Of a stretch of 64,000 bases of DNA, positions 28,507 through 41,534 are shown piece by piece. A model generated the notes under the pieces. That model did no database searches. It was not told the origin of the DNA and was given only the letters and a program-made list of their open reading frames with translations. The stretch's first letter is position 1. Each line of letters starts with the position of its first letter. The stretch is taken from the NCBI GenBank assembly GCA_951406725.2, contig OX597820.1, forward strand, positions 13,268,001 to 13,332,000, written 5' to 3'. The position numbers were made by a program, and so were the translations under genes. The DNA comes from Octopus vulgaris (taxonomy: Eukaryota).

Positions 28507-29289
28507 GGCAGTTTGTCTGTCTGTGTGTGTCTGTCAGGTTGTACCCTCACCCTGACCACGGCTTTCAACCGATTCTGATGAAACTTGACACACACAGCCC
28601 AATGTCATAATTCAAAACTAACGCAGCGAAAATTTTGAAAAGTTTCCCCAGTTCTGAAAAGAAATCGATAAATTCGACATGGGTCGAGAATCTAAGCTTT
28701 TTATATGCAACACATTTTCTACAGACTGTCTAAGGGACGCAACTCGACCTTTTTAACTCTCGGAACACGTGGGGTAAGTATCCCAAAATGTATAAAAATG
28801 TACAAAAACGGCAAAAAAGCGGGCAGCAATGTGAGTGACAACAACGAAAGAGTCAAAAGTGACCAAACTGAACAAACGAATGGAAAAGGTGTATTTGGTG
28901 CACACGACAAAAGCGGTTTATAATAAACCAAGAGTTTGCAAGTAGCGTCCGAGGACCCTTAGGGTACGTCAAAAATTTAAGGTAAAACGTTTGGGGTGGT
29001 AGTTATAAAGAAAGTGTAAACAAAAAAAGTATTCGAATAACTCGCGGCTGCAGCAGCTATTAGCAGAAGTGGCGGTATTGGGGGTAAAGTCTCGAATGTA
29101 ATTTCTTCCTGGTAGGAATTGGTTGGGTTGATTTATCGATAGCTGTTTGATAGTTATTTGGGAGTGAAGAGAAGACATTGCAACCTACACATGCGCTTTC
29201 GTTCCCTAAAGGGAAAGGACAAGATTGGGATTAGTCGTTGCCTACTAGGGGCTCTTACATACCCAGGTAACGCCGGGCTATGCTGCTAG
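28495..29289 (+). mobile_element. Non-autonomous Helitron with extended interior (~800 bp)
   Basis: First ~265 bp match the 19833/58250 copies; ends ACCCAGGTAACGCCGGGC-TATGCTG-CTAG|T. Confidence 0.75.
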
Positions 29290-29305
29290 TGTATGTAATA
29301 TATAT

Positions 29306-29514
29306 ACTCTTTTACTCTTTTACTTGTTTCAGTCCTTTGACTGTGGCCATGCTGGAGCACCGCCTTTAGTCGAGCAAATCGACCCCAGGACTTATTCTTT
29401 GTAAGCCCAGTACTTATTCTATCGTTCCCTTTTGCCGAACCGCTAAGTGACGGGGACGTAAACACACCAGCATCGGTTGTCAAGCAATGCAGGGGGACAA
29501 ACACAGACAAACAA

Positions 29515-29601
<87 letters not shown>

Positions 29602-29775
29602 TACATATATACGACAGGCTTCTTTCAGTTCCGTCTACCAAATCCACTCACAAGGCATTCGTCGGCCCGGGGCTATAGCAGAAGACACTTGCCCAAGATT
29701 CCACGCAGTGGGACTAAACTCGGAACCATGTGGTTGGTTAGCAAGCTACTTACCACACAGCCACTCCTGCGCCTA
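29306..29775 (-). mobile_element. Family A SINE, full length
   Basis: Complete head, CORE, microsatellite and tail. Confidence 0.9.
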
Positions 29776-29794
29776 TATATATATACATATACTT

Positions 29795-30385
29795 TAACAG
29801 GTTTCGGCCTGTATTGACCCTGTTCATGTCTAACTTAATAGCATCACCTGGCAAAGTCATTCAATCAGGAATCGGACAACATGGCCCACTCGAGGAGAGA
29901 GCTATTGTTTACGGAGACATATCCGGGTGTACGAGGTTTATTCGGGATTTTTTGAAGGAATTTGTCCAAAGAATTCTTAAACTTTATGGGGTCTATTTCT
30001 GCTGTGTTTCGGTGTAATGTTAAAGAGAGCAGGGCCAATTGAGGCGAAATGATTGTGCATTATTGTTGTTATGTGATGCTAGTATGATTTATGTTGTGAG
30101 CGAATAGCAGGGGGTCCAAGTCTTGGGTGCATCTTAAAGGCGATGCCAACATCGTTTGGGCAATGCTGATGGAATATTTTCCACATCATGCCGATGGTGC
30201 AGCGCTCACAGCGGCGTTATAAGGAATACGCTTGAGCTTTTCTTGTCGACCCCAATATTCAAGGCCTATCATGCCATCTATCTTTTTTGTAATTGACCTT
30301 TGAGGTCCATCAGTTTTCATGATAATTTGTTTCGTGTGGGGAAAACACAGTGGACAACAGTATTCAAGGCAGGGTCGGGCAAATG
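29795..30385 (-). mobile_element. CR1-type LINE 3' fragment, second older family
   Basis: FARPCLEYCCPL..QRSITKKIDGM..YW..MWKI..GPALFNITPK..FKNSLDKFLQKIPNKP..NNSSLLEW. Confidence 0.8.
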
Positions 30386-30442
<57 letters not shown>

Positions 30443-30447
<5 letters not shown>

Positions 30448-30640
30448 TAATCCAAACAAGAAAACAAAAAAAAACAAACAAACACAACAACGCGAGGACG
30501 TGGAACAAATAAAGTATTATTGGACGCTCAGGAAAGAAGGAAAGAAGGATGGTTTAACGTTTTGAGCGGAGCTCTTCATCGGAAAACAAAGGAGAAGGAA
30601 AGATCCCGAGAAGGGAAGACAGAAGAAAAAAATAAAATAT
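30443..30640 (-). mobile_element. TA-inserted short element with a decayed hammerhead motif (30552-30586)
   Basis: Homologous to 41530-41750; CCGATGA-A-GAGC-TCC-GCTC-AAAA-CG-TT-AAAC (G12 mutated). Confidence 0.7.
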
Positions 30641-30695
30641 ATATATATATATATATATAACAAAGTGAAGTTGTAAGGTACCGCACGAGTTGAAT

Positions 30696-30807
30696 TATAT
30701 ATGAAAGAAGGTTTGAAAATGCAATTTTAAAATATGTTTATTCACTTGACCGGTCAAGTGAATAAACATCTTTTAAAATTGCATTTTCAAACCTTCTTTC
30801 ATATATA
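30696..30807. repeat. 112-bp spacerless palindrome, one mismatch
   Basis: Symmetric about TTGACC|GGTCAA. Confidence 0.92.
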
Positions 30808-31267
30808 TATATATATATATAACAGCTGCTTTCTCGTTAGAAATGCCATTGCCAAAAAGACTTACTGAAATGATTCATGATTGTTGCCATGTGATGCTCT
30901 TAAATGACTTTTAAGCCTTGCCAAGCTTTTACATATTTTACTACATACTAGACAACTGTGCTGGCTGGCAGGAGAAACAGGTGTCGTCATATGCATCTCT
31001 TAGCATGTCTTTTTAGACCTCCAACTGAGAGGCACACCCTTCCACATCTTACACACGTTCTGTTATTAATTTTAAAATGGTGTGCAAAGTATGTATGTAT
31101 ATCAATCTTTGTATTTACGTCGAGTTGCTGAATAATTCCTCAATATTTTTCATAGAGTAAATATTTATTACCTTTTTCAAGAACAGAAATGACAGTGATT
31201 CCAATGAGCCAATCTGGGAAGACAAGCAGGTGGCAATCACAGTCATTTCACTTCCTGCAAAAGCATA

Positions 31268-31535
<268 letters not shown>

Positions 31536-32074
31536 CGAATGGCCTGATGAATATTTTAATTTGGAAATCTATATGATAACCATTGTTCTGAATACGCACC
31601 CCCTCTTTCTTCATAAACTTTTGAAACGAATTCCGTTAATTGCTCTCTTAAAAATCCTTCTGTCTATTTTTATGTCCGCATTTACTTTTGAAATATGACA
31701 CGAAACTATAAATTGTGTTCAGTCTTTTGTTTTTAATCAACATAAGTGATAAAATATATTATGAACAGAAATGAGAATTGTATTTCTTTTTGTTCATTTT
31801 CTTTGTTTTATGTTCATTTGTTTCTTTGTTTATTTTATTCGTCTCTTTAATTTCGAACAAACTATAAATTATTTCCATAATGAAGAGTATCGTAATGAAT
31901 TTAAGATATAAATTAACCATGCATTTAAAGAAACTCTTTTAATATTACGCGACCATATATACTACAAAGAAGTAAATGGATGATTTTTTATGAGTAGGTA
32001 TGTTGTAATAAAGGAAGACGAAAGACAAAAACACGCGAAAACGAAAGTGTACTAGAGCTAGCGAGGTAGCTTGG

Positions 32075-32155
<81 letters not shown>

Positions 32156-32183
32156 TAGGTTTGTAGTTAAACAGATAGTTAGA

Positions 32184-33665
32184 TACGAGAGGCTACCCAA
32201 AAGAAATCGGAATTTTGCAATATTATTTTATTCATTTAGTTTTTCATATTAACACTTTTATGGCCTTCAAAGTATTCACCATTTGAAGCAATGCATTGGT
32301 CCAAGCGCGTTCTCCCTATTCGAAGCGGTGCTGGAACTCTTGCGAAGTGATGCCTTTTAACGTCTCCGCCGTTTTCTTCCATTCTTTTATTCTTTTTCAC
32401 CTCGTCCACATTCGTAAATTCCGTAACACCAGCTTTCTTCACCAGCGATGACTTCAAAACAAAGGTCCGGATCAACTTCCAACTGTTCTTTCAGTTCATG
32501 GCAAGCATTCAGTCGTGACTGCTTTTGATATTTCGTGAGCAATTCGATGCACAAATTATTGGGTTGTCCGGAAAGTTCATGCCGATTTTTAAAGGAGAGA
32601 AAAAGGTCAATAAATACTTGCCATTACATTTTTAATCAACCAAATATGAACCATTTTGTTGCACAATGTGTCTCCATCTTTCCTTTAACTTGAAAATACC
32701 CTCTTCCCAGAATTGAGGTGGTTTCATGGCAAATAATTCATCAAGGTCTCTTTTTACGTCATCCAAGGAATTGAAATTTTTACCATTAAGATTATTCTGC
32801 AGAGACCTGAATAAGTGGAAATCCGAAGGAGCAATACCTGGTGAATATGGAGGGTGGGGGTAACACATCCCAGCCGAGCTGCAGCAATTTTTGTCTGGTT
32901 CCCAAAGCATTGAGTGCCGAAAATGAACTTTCTCATCTTCCATTTTAAAGGGTTACAGAATTAAGAGAGGTTATAGGAACATGGACCTTCTTCCACGAAA
33001 AGATAGCTTAAACTGTGCTCTAATTGGAGGTGTAGTCAAATCCTATTTTATGGACTCAACCATGTTCTAAAATAAGTCGAAAACTAAGCTACTGTAAATG
33101 GACACGAACTTTCCGGACAACCCAATATGTTGCAACTCTTTTCATTCGCAATTCAACGCTCAAAATTCGTTGGCAGGAGCTCCGGAACACATCGATCATA
33201 CCAACAACTTCGTTAATTATTCGGCGACAGTCCTCTAAGGTCAGTTCGTGAATTTTCCTGATGTTCTCATTCGTTCGGGTGGTCGACGGTCGCCCTGAAC
33301 GAGGTTGGTTTTCAAGCGACAAGTAACCATTCCTAAAGCGTGAAAACAACCCGTAAACTTGTCTTTTGCTCATGGCAGCGTCCTTGTAAACTGCCTGAAG
33401 TATGACAGCTGTTTCGATCGCCGTTTACTCCATCAGAAAACAGAATTTCGCGGAGGCACACTGTTCCTTCGTTTTAACCATCGCAAAAATAAACAAACAG
33501 AAGAGAAGCACTGCAAAACAAAGACGTACCACACAGCAACACAACGTTAAACGATAATGCCGATCAGCAGACTGATGCCTGAGTGTCGCATCAAGTGGCT
33601 TCTAGCGGCGGAAGCCTGAAATACAATGCGTTTTGTCCTACAGAAAACGTTTCCGGTTACTTTCC
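32184..33665 (-). mobile_element. Internally deleted mariner (outer element)
   Basis: MSKRQVY..FSRFRNG..PRSGRPST..MKRVA | FV..LLT..VIAGEESWCYG..FTNVDEVKK..RLDQCIASNGEYFEG; TA-CGAG terminus at 32184. Confidence 0.85.
32559..33125 (-). mobile_element. Internally deleted mariner nested in the outer element
   Basis: 20-bp perfect TIR TTGGGTTGTCCGGAAAGTTC with TA duplication; HPPYSPGIAPSDFHLFRSLQNNLNG..ERWRHIVQQNGSY. Confidence 0.92.
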
Positions 33666-35128
33666 ATTCATTTACACATGCTTACATAACTTGAACAAAA
33701 ATTAGCTAACTTTTGTTATCTGTTTATTCTCTCATCAATCGCATTCTTTACATAGATGTGTTTGTATACGAAACGTCGTAACAAACATTGCTGGATTTTA
33801 ATTCTATGTAAAATAGAGAAATATAAGCTGAAAATGAAAACTTCGCACTGCTAACATAAACGTTAGACACAATTTTTACTTGAGAACCTTCAATTTACTT
33901 GGCAGTGTATGTTTGCAAAATGAAATACTTTGTCCTTGTCGGCAGTTAATATTTACATACCTGTTACCAGGAATGTGTTTAATATGCAACTTAGTGTATC
34001 CTTTAGAGTTACACCGCTAAACATAGTGATTATTTAAACAATACGTTCGTGGATAGTTGATGGGTTAGATGTGGTGCTGATGAAATATCAACATCTCCTG
34101 AAATATGTATATACATCCATTTCCGATTTTTCTATCTTCGATCCCATTGTGTACATAGACATATTCGTATACGAAACCTCTTAACTTGCAGTGCTGGCTC
34201 TGAACTCAATAGAGAATCTATAGAGGCAAACTGAATATATCTATTTTTAAAGCAAATGAAATAACTTCTTTAGGAATTTTACTTGCACACAACCGCGTCT
34301 ATACCATACTCTCGTCAATAGAAGCATTATATGATGCGGTTTGAGGCTCATTATACCTTAAAGTATGCATCTGAACAAAGCCATGACCCGTCGGAAAAGA
34401 TCTGGAGTTCACCACCATAGCAACAGCATATATTAAATTCAAATTTGCGTCTTAACCTTTTCTTAAAACTGACCAATTCAAATATAATTCATTAAAAACT
34501 TTGTTTTTAATTGTCTTACACGTTTATAAACAGAATCGATAGAACATGGTGGCATCAGTAAAGAATAGAAAATTGTGTGGTATTTAACGAGGTTCTGTGT
34601 TCATACCTCCACCAGGTTAGATTTTGATTTTCACCCTTCTTGCATCGATGACATTACGGCAAACCAATCATTAGAATCGAGTAAATCAATTATATTTTTC
34701 TTCAAAATATTTTTCGTTTCCCTGTATACGCAACTGGTATAGCATTAAATTAATATAGCCATTCAAGTATCCCCACGTCACTGAGAGATGTTATGTCAGA
34801 ACAATTACCTCAGTATTTGGCCTATCAACAGTGTACATATATTGAGTGGCTATTTCTAGTCGTGTGCTTATGTTAGAAACCAATGACTGATAAATCAATT
34901 GAATAATAATTCACAGTTTTGATAGTGAAGGCGATTCACTGTGGACTGTACTGATAATATCAATTGCATTCGATGTGTTCTGAACGATTTGTCGGACACA
35001 TAAGAAAGGAAAGTCCTGTCGCAGTTTTGACATAACCAATTTGAGGGCACCGTGTCAATACTCAAAGTAAAATAAGTATTAATTTTTAAATTTTATGTGA
35101 AGATCTTTAGATTTTATTAATTGTGAAG

Positions 35129-35387
35129 GTGGAGGCACGTGACCTAGTAGTTAGAGCAGCGGGCTCGCGGTCGAGAAATCTCAGATTCGAATCTCAGACC
35201 GGGTGATGTGTGTTCATGAGTGAAACACCTAAGCTCCACGCGGCTCCGGCAGAAGGTAATGGCGAACTTCTGCTGATTCTTTCGCCACAACTTTCTCTCA
35301 CTCTTTCCTCCTGCATCTTGCAGCTCACCTGCGACGGGCCAGCGTCCCGTTCAGGTGGGGAACCTATACACCAAGGAAACTGGGGAA
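35129..35387 (+). mobile_element. Family R SINE, tail C
   Basis: Matches 3892-4188. Confidence 0.85.
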
Positions 35388-35459
35388 CATCCGGGGAATC
35401 AACAATTTGCCAAATAGTGGGATTATTTTATAAATATTGAGGGAAAATATTATCTTGGG

Positions 35460-35800
35460 TTTGGCACCGGGCCAGTAATTTTGAGGTAGGTGGAATCGAA
35501 CTCAAAAGGTAAAGGCAGGTGAAATGCCGCTTAGCATTTTGCCCAATATGCCAACAGTTCTGCCAGCTTGCCGCCTTATTTTGAGTAAATGTATTAATTT
35601 CAAATTTTGGGATAATTTCGGAGGAGAAGATTAGGGATTACATCGGCCCCAGTACTCGAATAGTACTTATTTTATTGAACCCCCTTAAGCGATGAAAGGC
35701 AAAGTTGGCCTCGACGGAATTTGAACTTGGAACGTAAAGACGGGCCAAACGCCGCTAAGCATTTTGCCCGGCGTGCTAACGGTTCTGCCAGCTCACCGCG
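35460..35800 (-). mobile_element. Two degenerate family M SINE copies
   Basis: TCTGCCAGCTTGCCGCCTT and TCTGCCAGCTCACCGC heads; GATGAAAGGCAAAG core. Confidence 0.7.
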
Positions 35801-36270
35801 TTTATCTTGAGTAAATATCTTAAGACCAAAGAAGCATTTCTTTCCATCTTAAAATGCGACACGAATTTTTCTACCCCAATGCATTGATAATTTGCAGATT
35901 AATATCATGTCAGTGAGTCGTAATAAGAAGATAGTTGATCGTTTAATGATATTAATGATCTTAGACAAATAATAAACAACCCGATACTATAAATTTAAGC
36001 GTGAACTGACTCATTAATATAACAGACACAGACAAATAGTGATAAATCGAATAGTGGGGAAAATGTTCGTGTGCGCTGCTTCTTTTCCTTTCTTTCTTTT
36101 TTTTTTTTTTCTTTTACGAGTGCGGAAGATGACAACTAAGTTGTCAAATGATAAAATACTTTATCGGCCGTTGGAAATGTCTCAGTTGTTGTTAATAAGA
36201 TTTTAATTTTTCGCGCTGTTAACCCTACCAAAGCAAAGAAACAGACGTTCTATGGATGTCTCCAAAACTA

Positions 36271-36778
36271 CCGTAAATCCTCGAATATAATCCGCATTTT
36301 TTCCTAAAATTTAAAGGTCAAAATCCCTAGTGCGTACTATATACGAGGTTAAAAATGAAAATTATTTTCTCAGCAATGTCCGAGTCTCTATTTCCTGTCC
36401 GGCAATGTTTATTCAGACGCATTTTGTGATGTCAGGTGCGAAAATACCTTAAGCTAAGCCTGAAAGCAATGAAGTCATAAAAGAAATATCCATAACTTGC
36501 AGTAAGCAACATTTATTAAACGTTATTACTGCTATTCCTTTATTTTCTGCAAATAAAATGTCCCAAAACGCTACACATTTGTATTATGTTATATATGCAA
36601 TAATAATAAAGGACGTTACCGTATACAGTTTTACAAACCAAGGACGTTATATAGAACTTGACTCAAGTTAGAGAAGGGGTGCGTATTATACACAAGGTTT
36701 AGGTTTTTCTTTGGTACAGCCCTCTAAAAATCCCCTGCGTATTATACTCAAGGACGGACTATACTCGAGGATTTACGG
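36271..36778. mobile_element. Tc2/pogo-like MITE (~510 bp)
   Basis: TA|CCGTAAATCCTCGAATATAATCC ... GGACTATACTCGAGGATTTACGG|TA; subterminal TGCGTA(C/T)TATA repeats. Confidence 0.88.
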
Positions 36779-37271
36779 TAATTTTCTCTCCATTCGTACG
36801 AAGTGTTTTGCTTCTTAAAATGTTTAATTTAGTTTAATTTATTTGCCTTGGATGAGGAGATTATTTCTAAAAACAATAAAATGGCTCTATACATACTTAC
36901 CTATAACTAGAAATTTTAAGATCTTTGTAATGAGTAAAACAAATTAAATATGCATATTCAATGTATAGTCGTTGCATTTTCTTCCTTGCTCTTCGATTTA
37001 AAATTTAAACTTCTAATTCCGCCATGTTTAAGCTAGTAAAGATCGCCTCCCTTATAATCCCAACGTGCACCACATGATAAAACTTGGATAATTTTGAATA
37101 CTACTATACGTCAGTGTGCTAATGAATAAGTATATTATTGGTCTAAGTTTAGAAATTAATGTTTTCAGTTCAAATCCAACCTGAATTGTCTACACATAGA
37201 GGACTAATCTGATGATAATCCTTTGCCAAGCAATTCGTAATGTATAAATGTAAATAGGGTAAATCATCCTA

Positions 37272-37420
<149 letters not shown>

Positions 37421-37653
37421 ACAGATGCACATACAAACACAAAAATATAGGTGTGTGTGTAGTGTGTTTGTGTATATATATATACAGGGAGAAAGAGAGA
37501 TAGATACATAGAAACACTCATACATACATTATTACAAACCAATCAGATTTCAACCACGCCACTGGGCGGTCATGTGATAGAAAAAGCTAAATATTGACTT
37601 CAGTGGATTTCAATTTTGTCGTGCGTAAATACGTCTTTACGGTATTTGTACGT

Positions 37654-38602
37654 TCTCCCAACAAAGGATGTCTGTATGTCTGTGTGTGTAGTACGTATAC
37701 ATTTCTACAGTTTTCAACCGATTTTCCCACGCTTTACACATACATTATTTATGTGCCAAGGCTGGTCATGCACAGCTCCCACTTAAAACGGTGTTTTGCA
37801 GGGGCTTTCCACTAAAAACATCTGCAGTTTGCAACCGATTTTTTCCGCTTTCTCTCTCTCTAAATTACTGCACTCCGTGTAAGTAAATTTCCTTTTGCCA
37901 CATCTGCATTTTCTAATTGAAGCATCTCAACTCTGAGAAAATGCCACCTAAGAAAAGAGTCCGTGTTGCTCGCAAAACCGCCGCAGCAGGAACATCGGAG
38001 AGAAGAAGAGCAAGTGAATCCTCACACGAGACTGCACGAAAACATTCACAAATTGCTGCTTGCACAGCTACCGCAAGAGCCATGGCGAGCGAGAAGGATC
38101 GTAGCAGACTCCAGATAAGAAATACTTTGTTCGCAGCTTCAGTAGGCGCTAATCCGAGTCAGTCACAGCGCATTATTTGTCGTAGAAGGGATGCTACAGC
38201 AACTGCTGCTGCGGAACTACAAAGAACGAAGGACAGTGCGCCATTCGCCTTGTCAAGAATACTACAGCAGCTGCAGCTGAGCGAACAGCAGAGAACGAGG
38301 AAGAGCGCGCCATTCGCCAATCTAGAAATGCTACTACTTCTGCTGCTTCGCGAGGTGCAGAGAACGAATACCACGCGCCATTCACCAGAAGGGCCATGTT
38401 GAAAACCTGGCATTTTACCCTATTTTTGAGGTTGTGACCTATTTCAAAAAGGTTTTGGTATGTTTTGTCATGGAATTCTGTACGTTTTTCAAAAACGCTT
38501 AGGCAAAAAGTCTTTGGCTACCCTGGTCGTTAGACTAGAAAATATGTATTCTTAGAATGATGAAGCGTTCGCACCCTGAGCCAGGCCGGGTACCTCTGCT
38601 AT
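37654..38602 (+). mobile_element. Deleted Helitron retaining a RepHel-like N-terminal repeat region
   Basis: 5' TC..GTCTGTATGTCTGTG..TTCAACCGATTT; ORF MPPKKR..RRRASES..ARA with 69-bp repeats; 3' hairpin ACCCTGAGCCAGGCCGGGT-ACCTCTG-CTAT. Confidence 0.6.
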
Positions 38603-38915
38603 ATATAAAGCAGGCGTACACGAAGTATGATGATTGCTAGAAATAGCAGCCCATGAGTTTATGGCGCTATGCAGAGGTTCACACATGATCTGAAGTATTT
38701 GATACTGTAGTATTGAGTTATCCTTTATTCCTATAACGGTCTCTGTAGAGGTAAAACAGAATTTTCCTATAATTGTTACCCGCACACATCTCTGCCTGTA
38801 AATATTCAGTGAGGCTCTACAGAGCGCCGTAAACTTACCGGCTGTTTTTACTAGCAACGGTCGTACTTCATGTACGTCGGCGTTATGTATGTATATATAT
38901 ATATATATATATATA

Positions 38916-39138
38916 TCACCGTGATCACTGTGACCGACCAGGCTATCAGATGTTGCTACACATCGCTGGTCACAATGCGCTTCGCATTGTTTTAGCCTTC
39001 AAATGACGCCACCCCGCTGGCTAAGCGAGCAGGCCAACAGAAGAAAGAGTGAGAGAAAGTTGTGGCGAAAGAGTACAGCAGGGATCGCCACCACCCCCTG
39101 CCGGAGCCTCGTGGAGCTTTATGTGTTTTCGCTCAATA
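38916..39138 (-). mobile_element. Family R SINE, tail A, head missing
   Basis: Reverse complement of 13445-13667. Confidence 0.85.
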
Positions 39139-39189
39139 TATATATATATATATATATCGGTCATTTAAGCAATATAACTACATGTGGGA

Positions 39190-39300
39190 CGTTAGCGATT
39201 TCTTTTTACTTCTCTGGAAATTTCCCTTTCCCCTTTCCGACGAAAAGCTCTGCTTAAAACGTTAGACTCTCTCCTTTCAACCAGTCTCAATCTAATATAC
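39190..39300 (+). mobile_element. Decayed copy of the 41530 hammerhead-bearing element
   Basis: TTTCCGACGAAAAGCTCTGCTTAAAACGTTAGACTCTCTCC. Confidence 0.55.
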
Positions 39301-39312
39301 TTCTTATGCATA

Positions 39313-39746
39313 CTCTTTTACTCTTTTACTCTTTTACTCTTTACTCTTTTACTTGTTTCAGTCATTTGGCTGCGGCCATGCTGGAGCACCGCCTTTAGTC
39401 GAGCAAATCGACCCCGGGACTTATTCTTTTGTAAGCCCAGTACTTATTCTATCGGTCGCTTTTGCCGAACCGCTAAGTGACGGGGACGTAAACACACCAG
39501 CATCGGTTGTCGAGCAATGCTAGGGGGACAAACATAGACCCACAAACATATACACACACACTTATATATATATACATATATACGACAGGCTTCTTTCAGT
39601 TTCCGTCTACCAAATCCACTCACAAGGCATTGGTCGGCCCGGGGCTATAGCAGAAGACATTTGCCAAAGATGCCACGGAGTGGGACTGAACCCGGAACCA
39701 TGTGGTTGGTTAGCAAGCTACATACCACACAGCCACTCCTGCGCCT
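39313..39746 (-). mobile_element. Family A SINE, full length
   Basis: (TACTCTTT)n tail through to CCACTCCTGCGCC head. Confidence 0.9.
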
Positions 39747-39820
39747 ATGTTTACTTTTTTATTTGAATTGACTATATGTGTGTGTGTATTCTACACATGT
39801 ATATGGATTAAATATATATC

Positions 39821-41205
39821 TTTCTTTATCTTTATCTTTATCTAGTTTCAGCTCACGAGCTGTGGCCATGCTGGGGCACCGCCATTTGGTGTTGCTACAT
39901 GATTTTACTTCACGAATGCTTTTTAGCAATTGCCATTTGGTTCATGAGAGAGTTCGATGCAGCTGCCCTCATCTGCACCTCCTGCCGTGAAGTTGGTTCA
40001 TCTGGGACACCTGACAGGAAGAGATCCAGTTTTATTTTAAAGACATCTGCATCCACCCCATGGAGGTCACTCAGGTTCTTCGGGAGGATATTAAAGAGCT
40101 GTGGGCCTCTGAAGCCCAGGCTATCACAGTATCTTGTCCTACATCTTGATGGCAAATTTGGAGTCCTTGGCACTATGCAGTGGCGCCCAGCTCTGGCATT
40201 TGTGTAACTCTCGATGCCAAAGTTTGGGACAAATCCTTCTAGGATCTTCCAGATGTATATTATGGCATATCTTTCTCGCCTACGCTCTAAGGAATAGAGT
40301 CTTAATCTCTTGAGTCTTTCCCAGTAGCTTATATGCTGCACAGAGGCTATCTTCGTGTAGCTTCGTTGGATCGCCTCAAGTTTTGTGATTAACTTGACAC
40401 TGGATGGTGACCATATCTGAGAGCAATAGTCAAAGTGGCTTAGGACAAGTGTCCTCCAGAAGACCATCATAGTTTCCTGGTCTCTTGTTCTAAAGGTTCT
40501 AAAAATCCATTCAGTCAGCCGCCTATATTTCATTGCCAATTTAGCAACATGCACATGAAAGAGTTGCACCATCACTCGTGTAAATACGCAGGTCTCGCAC
40601 TGATTGTGCCTCTGGGATTGCAATCCCTCCAGGTCCAGTGTATTCATTGGGTATTGCATTTAGTTTTGCATGCTGATAGTATAAAGCTTGAAACGTTTCA
40701 GCATTGAACTTCATGCTATTCTTTTCAGCCCACCTGTATATTTTGTCCAGCTCACATTGCAGGTGCTTAGTGTCTTCAGGGTTCTGTATTGCCTGTGAAA
40801 CTTTTGTATCATCTGCATAACTTGTGATCGTGGCTCTCTGCGTGGCTGAGGGCATGTCTGAGAGGACCATTATGAACAGTAGTGGTCCCAAAACAGTGCC
40901 TTGCGGAACACCGCTCACTATTTGCGTGTGAATGGAAGTGGCCCCATTGGCTACTACCACCTGACTTCTATCCTTCAGAAAGTCATGAAGCCATTCTCCC
41001 AATTTTCCACCTATGCTAAGATTACACAGTTTGTGACATGTCATTCCATGATCGACTTTATCAAAGGCCTTTGCAAAGTCGAGATATATGACTTCCACAT
41101 TTGAGTGGTTGAGCAGTCGTTTCAGCACCCAGTCATAGTGTTGTAGGAGCTGAGTTAAGCAGCTTCTTCCTGGAAACCATGTTGGGTATCAGGCAGCAAG
41201 CCATT
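39821..41205 (-). mobile_element. 5'-truncated CR1-type LINE (RT domain + 3'UTR), copy 2
   Basis: [55 protein letters not shown]; (GATAAA)n tail; frameshifted. Confidence 0.95.
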
Positions 41206-41473
41206 TATGTATATTAATATGTATATTAATATTTATATATATATAAATATATATATATGCAGATATGTTTATACACACATACACACACACACATATATAT
41301 ATATATATATGCATCCATATATATATCCATATATATATCTCAATATATGTATATACATGTATTACATATATATATACATATAAGTATATACTACACACAT
41401 ATATATAAGGATTAAATACATATATATATATTATATATATGCTGATATGTCCGTACACGCACACACATATATA

Positions 41474-41529
<56 letters not shown>

Positions 41530-41534
<5 letters not shown>

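Noticed and set aside
39910-41128. Intact RT gene
   Set aside because: 5'-truncated and frameshifted; no endonuclease domain or ORF1
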